Source: Syntrophorhabdaceae bacterium
GTDB taxonomy: Bacteria; Desulfobacterota; Syntrophorhabdia; Syntrophorhabdales; Syntrophorhabdaceae
Reading direction: 5' to 3'
Assembly: GCA_963666485.2 (NCBI GenBank)
Contig: CAXXUO010000002.1
Coordinates: forward strand, 320,001 to 384,000
DNA length: 64,000 nucleotides
The notes under the pieces are model-generated. The model was not told the origin of the DNA. It did no database searches and saw only the letters and a program-made list of their open reading frames with translations. A program made the translations under genes and the position numbers. Shown one piece after another: positions 9,536-19,817 of this stretch (the first letter of the stretch is position 1; each line of letters begins with the position of its first letter).

Positions 9536-11095
9536 TTACTTGTACAAAAAAGCTTCCGCGTCATTTTTAATCGCGCTTATATCCGAAACATTGATATACC
9601 CGTTATTATTCCGGCGATGAACCAACTTTCCCTCTAAATACGTAGCTTTTATATTACGATCATCGCCCAATGTCATGACCACAAATAATTTTTCCGCGAA
9701 ACCCTGGGCTGGCGATATCTCACGTCTGTCAATCCTTGCATTTATGCTATCAATCCGCAGGTTCTGCAATTCTGTTTCCGCAAATGCCAGTACAATAAAA
9801 TCGGCTTCATTGCCGGGCCGGAAAGTGCCTATCTTGTCTTCAAGCCCTAAAACGAGAGCACCGCCAAGCGTAGCCTGGTACAGTCCTTCAAATACCGATA
9901 ATGGGATTTTCACAGGCATTTCGTTCTGCTGCAGCAAGACAACTTTGTAAGCCTCATTCAACGTTTGGAGCATATTAAATGTCGAGCCCCCTCCGACATC
10001 TGTTCCCATGCCGAGTTTTATTTCACGCCCTTTTTTCTTGGCGTCCCGCAGCTTAAAAAGACCGCTTCCCAGGAATAAATTTGAAGTTGGGCAAAATATA
10101 ACGGCTGATCCCGTGTCATGCAGCATCTGGAATTCCGCGTCGCTCAAGTGTATGCCATGAGCGAAAATGCTGCGATTCCCCGTCAAGTTGAATTTATGAT
10201 AAACATCGAGGTAATTCTTGCTATCCGGAAAGAGGGATTTGACCCATTCGCATTCGGCAAGGTTCTCCGAAAGGTGCGTATGCACATAGGCCGTTGGGTA
10301 TTCCTTTGCAAGCTTCGAAGCCATGATTAATTGCCCGGGCGTCGAAGTAGGTGCAAATCGGGGTGTAATTGCATACAATAAACGTCCCCGGCCATGCCAT
10401 TTCTCCATAAGCTCCTTGGATTGTTCATAGCTGGTTTGTGCTGTGTCGAGAAGATAGTCTGGCGCATTTCTGTCCATCATCACCTTGCCGGCAATAAGCC
10501 GCATGTTCAACTTTAAAGCTTCGTTAAACAATGCATCGACTGATTGAGGATGCACGGTACCCAGGACAAGTGCTGTAGTCGTTCCATTTCGAAGCAATTC
10601 TTTTAAGAACATTTTCGATATTTTATGTGCATGCTCGTATTTTTCGAATTGTCTTTCCGTGGGAAAAGTATACAACGTTAACCATTCAAGCAATTGCTGA
10701 CCATAAGATCCTATGATTTCGGTCTGAGGATAATGTATGTGACTATCTATAAATCCCGGCATGATCAGGTCATTTTTATATTCGGAATTAATCTCCGATG
10801 TGCCGGCCAATTCAACCAATTGATCCTTCAGAATGTTATATTCATCAACGGCCGCTATTTTCCCCTTTACAACAACCAATAACCCATCGTCAATATACCT
10901 GTATGATTCGTCTGGCCGGGCTGTTTTTACCGGGTCATCGATAAAATAGAGAATTCGTGCACGAAATGAACCGGAAGCATCTGATGAAAGTATCTTTTGA
11001 TCCTTAGCATTACCATTCACAGCATCAACACCAATCATGATAAACGCCATCATCAAGATTATTACTAAAACCCTGGGAAAATATTGCTTTGTCAA
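9536..11095 (-). CDS. guaD: Guanine deaminase (amidohydrolase) with N-terminal extension
   Basis: PGFIDSHIHYPQ, LLEWL..YTFPTE, YAITPRFAP, HTHLSEN, CPTSNLFLGSG and GTDVGGG motifs. Confidence 0.92.
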   Translation of the reverse strand: MTKQYFPRVLVIILMMAFIMIGVDAVNGNAKDQKILSSDASGSFRARILYFIDDPVKTARPDESYRYIDDGLLVVVKGKIAAVDEYNILKDQLVELAGTSEINSEYKNDLIMPGFIDSHIHYPQTEIIGSYGQQLLEWLTLYTFPTERQFEKYEHAHKISKMFLKELLRNGTTTALVLGTVHPQSVDALFNEALKLNMRLIAGKVMMDRNAPDYLLDTAQTSYEQSKELMEKWHGRGRLLYAITPRFAPTSTPGQLIMASKLAKEYPTAYVHTHLSENLAECEWVKSLFPDSKNYLDVYHKFNLTGNRSIFAHGIHLSDAEFQMLHDTGSAVIFCPTSNLFLGSGLFKLRDAKKKGREIKLGMGTDVGGGSTFNMLQTLNEAYKVVLLQQNEMPVKIPLSVFEGLYQATLGGALVLGLEDKIGTFRPGNEADFIVLAFAETELQNLRIDSINARIDRREISPAQGFAEKLFVVMTLGDDRNIKATYLEGKLVHRRNNNGYINVSDISAIKNDAEAFLYK

Positions 11096-11433
11096 GATAA
11101 CCCCCTAGCTTGGGTATAATCACATGCAACCGTCAACATGCAGACAAAGATGATGCCGATAACTACCGCCTTTGCCTGGAAGGATTTCAATAGGGTAATT
11201 CCCTTTTTTTCCAATTTTTTCTGCTCCATCGGGCAAAAGTATCACAATGCAAATAATCGTGTGAATCGTTCTGTTTAGAGTTTTTTCGTAGTTAGGTATC
11301 GATGTTTACCGGGACAAGCACTCTTGCCTTGAAGTGTGAAATTACGAAGATAAAGTCCTGACTACCTAATCTATCAATAATGTGCGACATCAGACATTTT
11401 AGAGGCGTGCTACCTTTTGTCAAAGGAATACGA

Positions 11434-13011
11434 ATGGATATCCGGCACGCCATGCACCTGGCCCTATCGGGTAGAACAATTGAGCCCGGGAAGGAACGAG
11501 GTATCGGGCGGTATACATGGATAGTGTTCAGCGTTGCGTTGAGCTCATTTATTATCAGGCTGAATATGGCCAGTATCAATGTCTCCCTGCCAACCATCTC
11601 GCAATATTTTGACGTCGACGTAACGGTCGTTTCAAAACTGGTTACAGGATATTTCATCGTTATTACGAGCGCGCTTCTTTTGCTTGGAAATATCTCCGAC
11701 CGGGTCGGGCTGAAAAAGATATTTCTCCTTGGGTCCATAGTACTGGCCACCGGTTCCCTCCTGTGCGGCCTGGCCCCCTGTTTCTGGATGCTTCTGGGTT
11801 CCCGGTTTATTCAGGGTACAGGCGCGGCTATGCTTCTTGCCACGAGCTATGCAATAATCTCGCGTTTCCTGCCCCCCGACCGGGTAGGCTCGGCATTCGG
11901 GATTACCACGACCGCATCCGCCCTCGGCGTTGCCCTCGGAGCCCCTTTAGGCGGATTTTTTACGGATCATATTTCCTGGCACTCTGTTTTCTTCTTCAAT
12001 GTTCCGGCTTGCCTGGTTGCCATGATCATTGGTTTTAAGCATATACCGAATGACACGGACAAAGATCTTACGGAAGGCAGCGTGAAGAAGCCATTTGACA
12101 TAACGGGCGCCTGCCTCAGCGCCCTGGGTTTGGCCCTGTTTCTTTACGGTGTGAACAGGGGAAACCACGCCGGGTGGCTCTCCCCGGTCACTGTTGTATG
12201 TATCCTGACAGGTATCGCAATTCTCGTCGTCTTCGTGGCCAGAGACAGGAAGCGCAAGGAAAGTTTTCTCCAGCTGGAGCTTCTTAATGATCGCCGCTTT
12301 CGATTTTCAATGATAGCAACATTTTTTTCTTACGTTATGTTGTCGGGCAATGCATTCATTCTTCCGTTTTACCTGAATACGATACAGGGCCTGAATGCCG
12401 GGCAGACAGGTATCGCATTGCTCTTCTATGCTCTCACATTTGTTTTCCTGTCCTCTTATGCCGGCAGGCTTGCCGATTGTGTCAGGCCTGCAGGTCTTTG
12501 CATGGTTGCCATGCTATCCGCATCCGCCTGCACGTTCATTTACTCTGTAACCTTGCACCAGGCGGGGTTATTTTCCACCTTGTCATTTCTGTTGGTGTTC
12601 GGCACCTCATATGTATTCTTTTATACTCCGAATAATAAGCACGTGATGGAGCAGGCACCCCGGGACAGGCAGGGCCGTGTTTCGGGCCTTTTTGTGATGA
12701 TTGGCAATCTCGGAATGATTTTCGGAATTTCGGTATTTGAAACCGCGTTTTCCCGGTCTGTGCCCCCCGAAGAATTAGCAAAGGCCGCTGGCAGCTACTC
12801 TGCAATACCAAAGTCCCTCCTCCTGTCCGGCTTCAGCAATGCCTACATCGTTGGTGCCATCTGCTGCGCATTGGCCGCGGTCGCAATGTATTTAAGCCCT
12901 GCAAAAAACAGGCATCCTCTCGAGGCCGCCTTTCGCGAGCTACGTCTATTGCGTTGTCTGCAGGGGGAAAACCCAAAAAGGGACTCCGTTCACGAACCAC
13001 CAAGATCATAA
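11434..13011 (+). CDS. MFS efflux transporter, DHA2 (14-TM) family
   Basis: NVSLPTI, GNISDRVGLKK, RFIQGTGAA and WHSVFFFNVP motifs. Start uncertain (ORF open from 11380). Confidence 0.88.
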   Translation: MDIRHAMHLALSGRTIEPGKERGIGRYTWIVFSVALSSFIIRLNMASINVSLPTISQYFDVDVTVVSKLVTGYFIVITSALLLLGNISDRVGLKKIFLLGSIVLATGSLLCGLAPCFWMLLGSRFIQGTGAAMLLATSYAIISRFLPPDRVGSAFGITTTASALGVALGAPLGGFFTDHISWHSVFFFNVPACLVAMIIGFKHIPNDTDKDLTEGSVKKPFDITGACLSALGLALFLYGVNRGNHAGWLSPVTVVCILTGIAILVVFVARDRKRKESFLQLELLNDRRFRFSMIATFFSYVMLSGNAFILPFYLNTIQGLNAGQTGIALLFYALTFVFLSSYAGRLADCVRPAGLCMVAMLSASACTFIYSVTLHQAGLFSTLSFLLVFGTSYVFFYTPNNKHVMEQAPRDRQGRVSGLFVMIGNLGMIFGISVFETAFSRSVPPEELAKAAGSYSAIPKSLLLSGFSNAYIVGAICCALAAVAMYLSPAKNRHPLEAAFRELRLLRCLQGENPKRDSVHEPPRS

Positions 13012-13127
13012 GCCTCCTCTTTAGAGAGGCTATCGGAAGTAATGGAACGAGCCGATTGAAAGATAGGGCTGACCTCGATCAGGCGGCCCTCTAAAACTAC
13101 CGGATAGATTAAACACTGGAGAGCCTT

Positions 13128-13697
13128 GTGATAGACACATTCCTTCTGACATTCATCCCTTTATTCGTAGCCTTTGATGTTCTTGGGCTTTTGCCTCTGT
13201 ACATAAAGTTTACTATGTCGATGGATGAAGGACACCGTGCAAGGCTCCTTCGGGACTCGTTGTTGACTGCCTTTATTATATCGCTCGTTTTTGTTGTGAT
13301 AGGAAACCGCGTCATGACCTGTCTCGGGATATCGATGAAGGATTTTCTCATTGCCGGAGGCATTGTTATCTTCATCACGGCGGTGAAGGACCTGATCGCG
13401 GGCCACGGTAAACCGGAAGACTCCGAGCTCATGGGGATCGTCCCACTCGGCGTACCCCTTCTCGCCGGGCCGGCCGTCCTGGCAACATCCATTATTATCT
13501 GGAAGCAATGCCCCGTTCATTATTACCTCATATCCCTTATCCTGAACATTATCATATGCTGGGTAGTTCTGCGTTTTTCTGGCCTCCTCTTGAAGGTCCT
13601 GGGCCCCCGGGTGATCGAGGCCCTGTCCAAGGTGATGGGGCTTGTCGTGGCCTCAATCGCCATTATGTTCATCCGCAGGGGATTGGAAGGGTTCTAG
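13128..13697 (+). CDS. MarC family integral membrane protein
   Basis: FIPLFVAFDVLGLLP, IVPLGVPLLAGPA and KVMGLVVASIAI. Confidence 0.9.
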   Translation: MIDTFLLTFIPLFVAFDVLGLLPLYIKFTMSMDEGHRARLLRDSLLTAFIISLVFVVIGNRVMTCLGISMKDFLIAGGIVIFITAVKDLIAGHGKPEDSELMGIVPLGVPLLAGPAVLATSIIIWKQCPVHYYLISLILNIIICWVVLRFSGLLLKVLGPRVIEALSKVMGLVVASIAIMFIRRGLEGF

Positions 13698-13712
13698 TCA
13701 GGACTTGATTCT

Positions 13713-14423
13713 TTATATAATACGCCCCACATCAAGAATCGTGGCGTAGATCATAACGGCCGCCATGAAAACCCAACCGGCAACCGCGAGCGGATAATGG
13801 AGCTTGACGAATTTCCTGTTGAGCTTCTCCAGTGAATACAGCACTATCTTTCCTCCGTCAAGGACGGGTATGGGTAAGAGGTTGAGAACGGCTAGGTTGA
13901 TGCTCACAAATCCCGCGAAGGAAAGCAGGTTTTCAATGCTCGACCCTATATAGCGGCCGCCCTGAGAGACAACCCCGGCAATCCCCGACAATTCCCCGTG
14001 ATGCGAGAAGAGCAAAGGCATGATGGACGCGGTCCTCCAAAAAATCTCCGCCGTCCGGGCAAAGGGGTTGATGACGACCGTGTCGATCCCGAAACCGGAA
14101 CGGAGAACCCCGGCAAAGGCAAAGCAGAAGAGCGGCAGAACAAGGCTTGCCGCCGGCCCGCCTGCTGCCAGCATGACCCGGCTTAAAATGGGAAGATCGA
14201 AGAAGGCGTTTTCGTCCTCGATATCGGGCATGACGTATCCGCCGAGCGGAACGAGGGAAAAACGGTACTCCGTCCCTCCCCGCGTCATTCCGAAAAGCCT
14301 CGGGCCAAAACCGACGGAAAAGACCCTGACCGATATCCCGGTCAACTTCGCCGCGACAAGATGCCCGAACTCATGGGCAAGTATCACGAAACCGACAGCG
14401 AACACCGCATAAACATAACCCAT
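13713..14423 (-). CDS. Site-2 protease (peptidase M50, RseP-like, no PDZ domain)
   Basis: HEFGH, FSVGFGP, PLGGYV and NLLPIPVLDGG; AAGGAG RBS before ATG at 14423. Confidence 0.9.
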   Translation of the reverse strand: MGYVYAVFAVGFVILAHEFGHLVAAKLTGISVRVFSVGFGPRLFGMTRGGTEYRFSLVPLGGYVMPDIEDENAFFDLPILSRVMLAAGGPAASLVLPLFCFAFAGVLRSGFGIDTVVINPFARTAEIFWRTASIMPLLFSHHGELSGIAGVVSQGGRYIGSSIENLLSFAGFVSINLAVLNLLPIPVLDGGKIVLYSLEKLNRKFVKLHYPLAVAGWVFMAAVMIYATILDVGRII

Positions 14424-14516
14424 TGATCGTACTCCTTTAATTTTCGAGACAATACAACGTTCAAGCAGAAAAGTAAACGGGCCCGGCAAAGGAAATGAAC
14501 GTTCCACCCGTCTGGT

Positions 14517-14531
14517 TTGACGAATCGTCAA
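14517..14531. promoter_or_regulatory. Perfect 15-bp palindrome, candidate operator
   Basis: TTGACGA-A-TCGTCAA upstream of the M50 protease gene. Confidence 0.45.
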
Positions 14532-14593
14532 TAAACGACAGCAGATGTCAACTGGGAATGACACGCGCACATGGGGTAGTTATAGTGACTCCG

Positions 14594-15796
14594 CTATTTC
14601 TTTGCCATGGGATCGTATATTTTGTCTTTGATAAGGATGCCGGGCAATAGGGCGGCAGCCAGGTATGCAAGTGCGCAGGTGATGATACCCGCTCCGATTG
14701 AGCCTTCTACGGCGATCCAACCGATCATTGCAGGAGAGATGATGGAACCGATACGGCCGGCGTTGTACGATGTTGACATTGCCGTTCCCCGGACAACGGT
14801 GGGAAAGCTCTCGGCAAGGTACGTCGCGTTTATAGCGTATAGCCCCGCGTACAGTCCGCCGTAGATGAGCAGAAGCCATGCCGCGTTGGAACGTGTCGCG
14901 ACGATAATTATAAGCGGTATTGCAAAGCTGATGCACAGCCCGGTTATGACCCACATGCGCCGCCGGCCGAAACGGTCGGCAAGGATACCGATGACCGGCT
15001 TTGCAAGAATACCCATGGTGTAACTGGCAGCGAGGTACCACCCCATATTCTTGAGGTCGACATGGAGGTCCCGTACCAGGTAGCTCGGCAGCCATGTGCT
15101 TCCGCCGTAAAAACCAAACTGGAGAAAGACGGAGGTAATGCTCCAGAGAATGAACGTCCGGCGCAGCGAATTGTTATTCCAGATGATCGCAAATTCATTC
15201 TTTTTCCCGCCTGGCGCCGCCTTATGTGCCGATGACCAGCTCGCAGGGTCGGCGGCCTTTAAGAGCATACCGAGACAGACCATGCCCGGGATCGCCGAGA
15301 TAAAGAACAGGGGCCGCCACCCCCACGATGTGATGACAAGACCGGTAAACAGGGCCGCGATCACATAGCCCGTTGACCATCCGGCGATGAGCACGGACAG
15401 AACGGTGCCGCGTATCTTCGTGGGAACGTACTCGGCGGCGAGAACGTTGCCGACACTGTACACGGCGCCTATCCCCAGGCCGGATATTATCCTCATCGCC
15501 GCTATCTGCCAGTATTCCTGGCATACCCCGATGATCGCGGTGCCCAGGGAAAAAATGAGGACTGACCACCGGATCACGCGAACCCGCCCGATACGGTCGG
15601 CTGCCCATCCTGCCGTGATCCCGCCAATGCCCATTCCGATCAGGGTATACGTCCCCAGCATCCCGGCGAGGACCGTTGATATCTGGAGGTCTTTCATGAG
15701 AACCGGCAAGGCAAGGGCCAGGACCTGCAGATCTATGCCGTCCGCGACCATGGCCAGCGTCACGGCCGTTATGACGAACGCGGACCGCCTGTTCAT
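14594..15796 (-). CDS. MFS transporter, aromatic acid:H+ symporter (AAHS)-like
   Basis: DGIDLQVL, GWAADRIGRVR, AEYVPTKIRG and AESFPTVVRGTA. Its ATG overlaps the upstream stop (ATGA). Confidence 0.85.
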   Translation of the reverse strand: MNRRSAFVITAVTLAMVADGIDLQVLALALPVLMKDLQISTVLAGMLGTYTLIGMGIGGITAGWAADRIGRVRVIRWSVLIFSLGTAIIGVCQEYWQIAAMRIISGLGIGAVYSVGNVLAAEYVPTKIRGTVLSVLIAGWSTGYVIAALFTGLVITSWGWRPLFFISAIPGMVCLGMLLKAADPASWSSAHKAAPGGKKNEFAIIWNNNSLRRTFILWSITSVFLQFGFYGGSTWLPSYLVRDLHVDLKNMGWYLAASYTMGILAKPVIGILADRFGRRRMWVITGLCISFAIPLIIIVATRSNAAWLLLIYGGLYAGLYAINATYLAESFPTVVRGTAMSTSYNAGRIGSIISPAMIGWIAVEGSIGAGIITCALAYLAAALLPGILIKDKIYDPMAKK

Positions 15797-16626
15797 TTTT
15801 TTGCAGGCAGGGTTTTTTTCGTTTTTGGCAAACCCGCCAATGCCGACGCACAGCATATCGCGTTATGGTACGTTCTGCCCGCCCGGGATGTGTCCACGTA
15901 AACAAGGTCGGCCCCGACAGCCGGGCCGCCCATTCCGGTCCCCTCCCCCACGAGACACAAAGAGCGGTAGATCAGGTTGCCGCTGATGCCGTCAGGGGCA
16001 AGGATGAAATTGTATTTTTCGATAGCTTCCTCGAAAAGGATATACATGCACGTCGCGTTGTACCCTTTCGCCGTGAGGATATCAGCGGCCTTCTCCGCGC
16101 TGCGTATGCTCCGGTCCGTTACCGCCGACCTGCCGATATCCCCTTTTCTCCCTCCGCCGAGGACCGCGATATTCTCATCGATCCCGAGCCGTCTCATGAG
16201 GTCCGCGCCAAGCTGGCCGAGCCTCACTTTTTCCCTGACCCCCCAGGCGTCATCGATACCGACCGGGGCGAAAAAGAACGGGGTAACATGCGGTGGCTGC
16301 AGTATCGCAAGGCGAAGGAGCTTCCTGATACCGTACTGTTCCTTGAGGGCCTTCATCAAAGGGTTTATGTCAAGGGACCCCCGGACGATGCCTGCCACTT
16401 CCCCTCTTTTGACCATCCCGACGAGTTCTGCCTCGGGGGATTGAGATACGACGTTTTCGATCCCGCCGGCCAGTTTTTCCCGGCTCACGATAACGACACG
16501 GGCGTACCCTAACTCTTGTGCTTTCTCGGCGCTCTCCAGGACCTTCTTTTCGTACCCTTTTTCTGCACCAATGGCGATCCGGGCCCGGGACATCCGTGCC
16601 CGGTCGATGATCAGATCGGTTATCAT
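15793..16626 (-). CDS. MtxX / methanogenesis marker protein 4 (Mmp4)-like protein, phosphotransacylase-like fold
   Basis: IVRGSL, FFFAPVGIDD, AVLGGGRKGDIGR, ILFEEA, APDGISGNLIYRSL and VYVDTSRA match my recollection of the archaeal MtxX family. AAAGGGGT RBS before ATG 16626. Confidence 0.8.
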   Translation of the reverse strand: MITDLIIDRARMSRARIAIGAEKGYEKKVLESAEKAQELGYARVVIVSREKLAGGIENVVSQSPEAELVGMVKRGEVAGIVRGSLDINPLMKALKEQYGIRKLLRLAILQPPHVTPFFFAPVGIDDAWGVREKVRLGQLGADLMRRLGIDENIAVLGGGRKGDIGRSAVTDRSIRSAEKAADILTAKGYNATCMYILFEEAIEKYNFILAPDGISGNLIYRSLCLVGEGTGMGGPAVGADLVYVDTSRAGRTYHNAICCASALAGLPKTKKTLPAKK

Positions 16627-16858
16627 GGCCACCCCTTTCATTGTCTCGCACCTCATTATTCCCGAATGGGACAAATCATTTAATACAATTAAAGCATATC
16701 TTTTTTCTCATATCAGGCGAGGCACATGAAATCAATACTTATCTACAACCTTATCCAATTGCGGACTACTCACAAGGTACATGCATGCATGATACATTGG
16801 TCCCCAGATAACCTCCGATGCACTTCAAGCCAGTTAAGAAACCGAAAGAGGAGGCGCA

Positions 16859-18133
16859 ATGAAATTCTTCAGAAATCTCTCTCAAACCCAGCTCATTTTC
16901 ATCGGAATGCTCAGCGGAATGTTGATCGGGTTCGCTTTTCCCGGGATTGGCATCAGGCTTGAAGCGGTCGGAATCATTTTCATTCGGCTCGTAAAGTCGA
17001 TCATTATCCCGATCATTTTCGCGACACTGGTCGTGGGGATCGCCAAACATTCGGACCTGAAGGCTGTCGGAAGGATGGGAATCAAATCACTCATATATTT
17101 CGAAGTGATCACGACAGCGGCACTATTTCTCGGCCTGATAGCCGCAAACATAACAAAACCCGGGCTCGGCATTACACTCGGGGCCAACGGCGGTTCGGGG
17201 GCCGGATTGGGTCCCGCGAAAGAAATGAATATGAAAGACATTATTGTTCATATATTTCCTGACAATTTCTTTGAATCGGCGGCCCGCGGCGATATCATGG
17301 AGGTTGTTGTTTTTACAATACTGTTCGCCATAGCGGTGAGCCTCATCGGCGACAAAAAGAAACCCATAATCGAATTCTGCGAATCGCTTTCTGAGGTCAT
17401 GTTCAAGTACACCGCCATCGTGATGCGCTTCGCACCCGCGGGCGTTGGTGCGTCCATCGCTGCGGTCGTGGCAAGCAAAGGGATCAATGTCCTGTTAAAA
17501 CTGTGCCTGCTCATCGCTACGTTCTACGGTGCCGCGATCGTATTTATCTTCGTAATATTGCTCCCCGTAGCCGTCGTCTTCCGGGTACCGATCAGGCAAT
17601 TCCTGGCGGCGGTCAAAGAGCCCGCAATGATCGCGTTTTCAACGTCCAGTTCGGAGGCGGCCCTGCCGAAAGCGATGGAGAACATGGAAGCCCTCGGGGT
17701 GCCAAGGAGAATAGTCTCGTTCGTGATCCCGACGGGGTATAACTTCAACCTTGACGGAACAACGCTTTACCTGGCGCTTGCGTCCCTATTCGTTGCACAG
17801 GCGGCAGGCATGCACGAAAGCCTGGCCCAGCAGCTCGCCATAGGCTTTACCCTGATGCTGACGAGCAAGGGAGCGGCCGGGGTGCCCCGCGCGTCACTTG
17901 TCGTCCTTGCAGGGACACTGTCATCATTTGGCCTGCCGGTCGAGGGTGTGGCGGTAATCCTTGGCATCGACACGATAATGGATATGGGACGAACTGCGAT
18001 CAACGTAACGGGAAATTGCCTGGCGACCGTGATCATTGCAAAATGGGAAGGCGTATTCCGCAACGACACTGACGCTGTACCGGAAGAAATAGTCGCAGAA
18101 ACTCGAGAGGCCTGCGAGGCGCTGGACGGGTAA
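16859..18133 (+). CDS. Dicarboxylate/amino acid:cation symporter (DAACS, GltP/DctA-like)
   Basis: AFSTSSSEAALP, IPTGYNFNLDGT, TSKGAAGVP and DMGRT. Confidence 0.93.
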   Translation: MKFFRNLSQTQLIFIGMLSGMLIGFAFPGIGIRLEAVGIIFIRLVKSIIIPIIFATLVVGIAKHSDLKAVGRMGIKSLIYFEVITTAALFLGLIAANITKPGLGITLGANGGSGAGLGPAKEMNMKDIIVHIFPDNFFESAARGDIMEVVVFTILFAIAVSLIGDKKKPIIEFCESLSEVMFKYTAIVMRFAPAGVGASIAAVVASKGINVLLKLCLLIATFYGAAIVFIFVILLPVAVVFRVPIRQFLAAVKEPAMIAFSTSSSEAALPKAMENMEALGVPRRIVSFVIPTGYNFNLDGTTLYLALASLFVAQAAGMHESLAQQLAIGFTLMLTSKGAAGVPRASLVVLAGTLSSFGLPVEGVAVILGIDTIMDMGRTAINVTGNCLATVIIAKWEGVFRNDTDAVPEEIVAETREACEALDG

Positions 18134-18343
18134 ACCTGCGACGACCCCATCATCATTATCGGTCCACAGGCAACTACAGGATGCAATGACAGACAAGCGT
18201 GGGTGCGCCAAGCGATAATTTGGGCCATACAAGGCACGCATGTGCTGCGGGAAATGAAACAGCGTATTCCGGGTTCGGAAAATAAAACACAAAATTGAAG
18301 CAATCCAAAAACGATCCGGGTCTTCGCTGATTGCGGAGGAGAA

Positions 18344-19786
18344 ATGAATCTATTCGGCCCCCTGCTCAAACGGGAGCATGGCAAAAAACAGCCTTTCATG
18401 CCTCTTGGCCCTTTTGAATTGAGGCTGCCGTTCATACATTACCGGTTCGAGGCAGCCGATTTCACACAGGGCCTCATTATGTGCGCCGTCTGCCTCGGCA
18501 TTATCCCTATATTGATGGATTACCTCGGGATGCCTTTCGAGGTGGCCATCACCATCGTGATATTGAATGGTTTCCTGTATCTCTGGCATGCGCATCTGGG
18601 GGATCCGGTCGTACCGGGCTGGATCACCCCTGCCATACCCCTCCTTCTTTTGTGGCTCAAATCGTTTCCCGAGGGCGTGCCCCGAATGCACGCCCTCATT
18701 GCATTTGAATGCGAACTGGGCGTCATCGCCTTTATCCTCGGGGTGACGGGCCTCGCGAAACGGCTCGTCGATCTCGTCCCGGACGCGCTGAAAGCGGGCA
18801 TATTGCTTGGAGCCGGGGTCGCGGCGGTGCGGCTCGTGTTTGAAACGGGCGGACGCTTCGACAGTTATCCCTGGACCATAACGATCGCGCTCGGCCTGGC
18901 TTTCTATATTCTCTTCTCCAACCATTTCAAGAACCTTCGCACGCGCTATAAATTCCTGGGTTTCGTCTCAAATCTCGGGCTCATACCGCCGATGCTCCTG
19001 GCCATCATCATTGCCCCCGTCCTGGGCGAGCTTCCCTGGCCTGATATAAAGTGGGGATTTACCGTTCCCCAGTTCGGGACCCTGTTCAGGGAATGGACGC
19101 CCTTCGCCGGGCGGATCGGCTTTCCGCCGCTTTCCTTGTACCTTTCCGCTGCACCGCTCGTTGCGGCGGTCTATATCATTCTCTTCGGAGAACTGATCCA
19201 GGCCGATGCGTTGATCGATGAGGCACGCGAATTCCGCGGCAGCGACGAGAACATCCACTTTGATGCAAACCGCAATAATGTGATCCTCGGCCTGAGAAAT
19301 ATGGTCATGTCGTTTTTCGGGCCCGATGCATCGATGTGCGGCCCTATGTGGGCAGCCATGCAGGTCGTGGAATGCGAGCGCTACAAACACGGTCAGAAGG
19401 CGATGAACTCGATCTTCGGAGGCGTTGCGTCATTCAGATGGGGAACATTCACCGGGTATTTCTTTCTTCCCATCGTGACCCTCGTCAAACCGATCCTTCC
19501 CATAGCACTTTCCCTGACCATGCTTGTACAGGGTTATGTTGCGGTAAGAGTGGGGATACTCAAGGCGCGCACCTTCAACGACCTCGGTGTGGCCGGGATA
19601 GTCGGGGCGGTCCTGATAACACGCGGTGCCGCGTACGCCTTCGGCGTGGGGGTCGTTTTGTGCGCCCTTGTGTACGGCAGGGATTTTTTCAGGAGATGGC
19701 ACAGGTACGACACGGTCAAAGACCCCGTTTTTAATTGCCGCGTCGCGGAAGATACCGTCGAATTGGCCCCGGTCGAAAACGATTGA
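18344..19786 (+). CDS. Uncharacterised polytopic membrane protein, probable permease
   Basis: GGAGGAG RBS; about 12 hydrophobic segments; GDPVVPGWITPAIP motif; directly upstream of abfD. Confidence 0.7.
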   Translation: MNLFGPLLKREHGKKQPFMPLGPFELRLPFIHYRFEAADFTQGLIMCAVCLGIIPILMDYLGMPFEVAITIVILNGFLYLWHAHLGDPVVPGWITPAIPLLLLWLKSFPEGVPRMHALIAFECELGVIAFILGVTGLAKRLVDLVPDALKAGILLGAGVAAVRLVFETGGRFDSYPWTITIALGLAFYILFSNHFKNLRTRYKFLGFVSNLGLIPPMLLAIIIAPVLGELPWPDIKWGFTVPQFGTLFREWTPFAGRIGFPPLSLYLSAAPLVAAVYIILFGELIQADALIDEAREFRGSDENIHFDANRNNVILGLRNMVMSFFGPDASMCGPMWAAMQVVECERYKHGQKAMNSIFGGVASFRWGTFTGYFFLPIVTLVKPILPIALSLTMLVQGYVAVRVGILKARTFNDLGVAGIVGAVLITRGAAYAFGVGVVLCALVYGRDFFRRWHRYDTVKDPVFNCRVAEDTVELAPVEND

Positions 19787-19817
19787 TATCAGATATGATA
19801 GATCTGGAGGTATAAAG

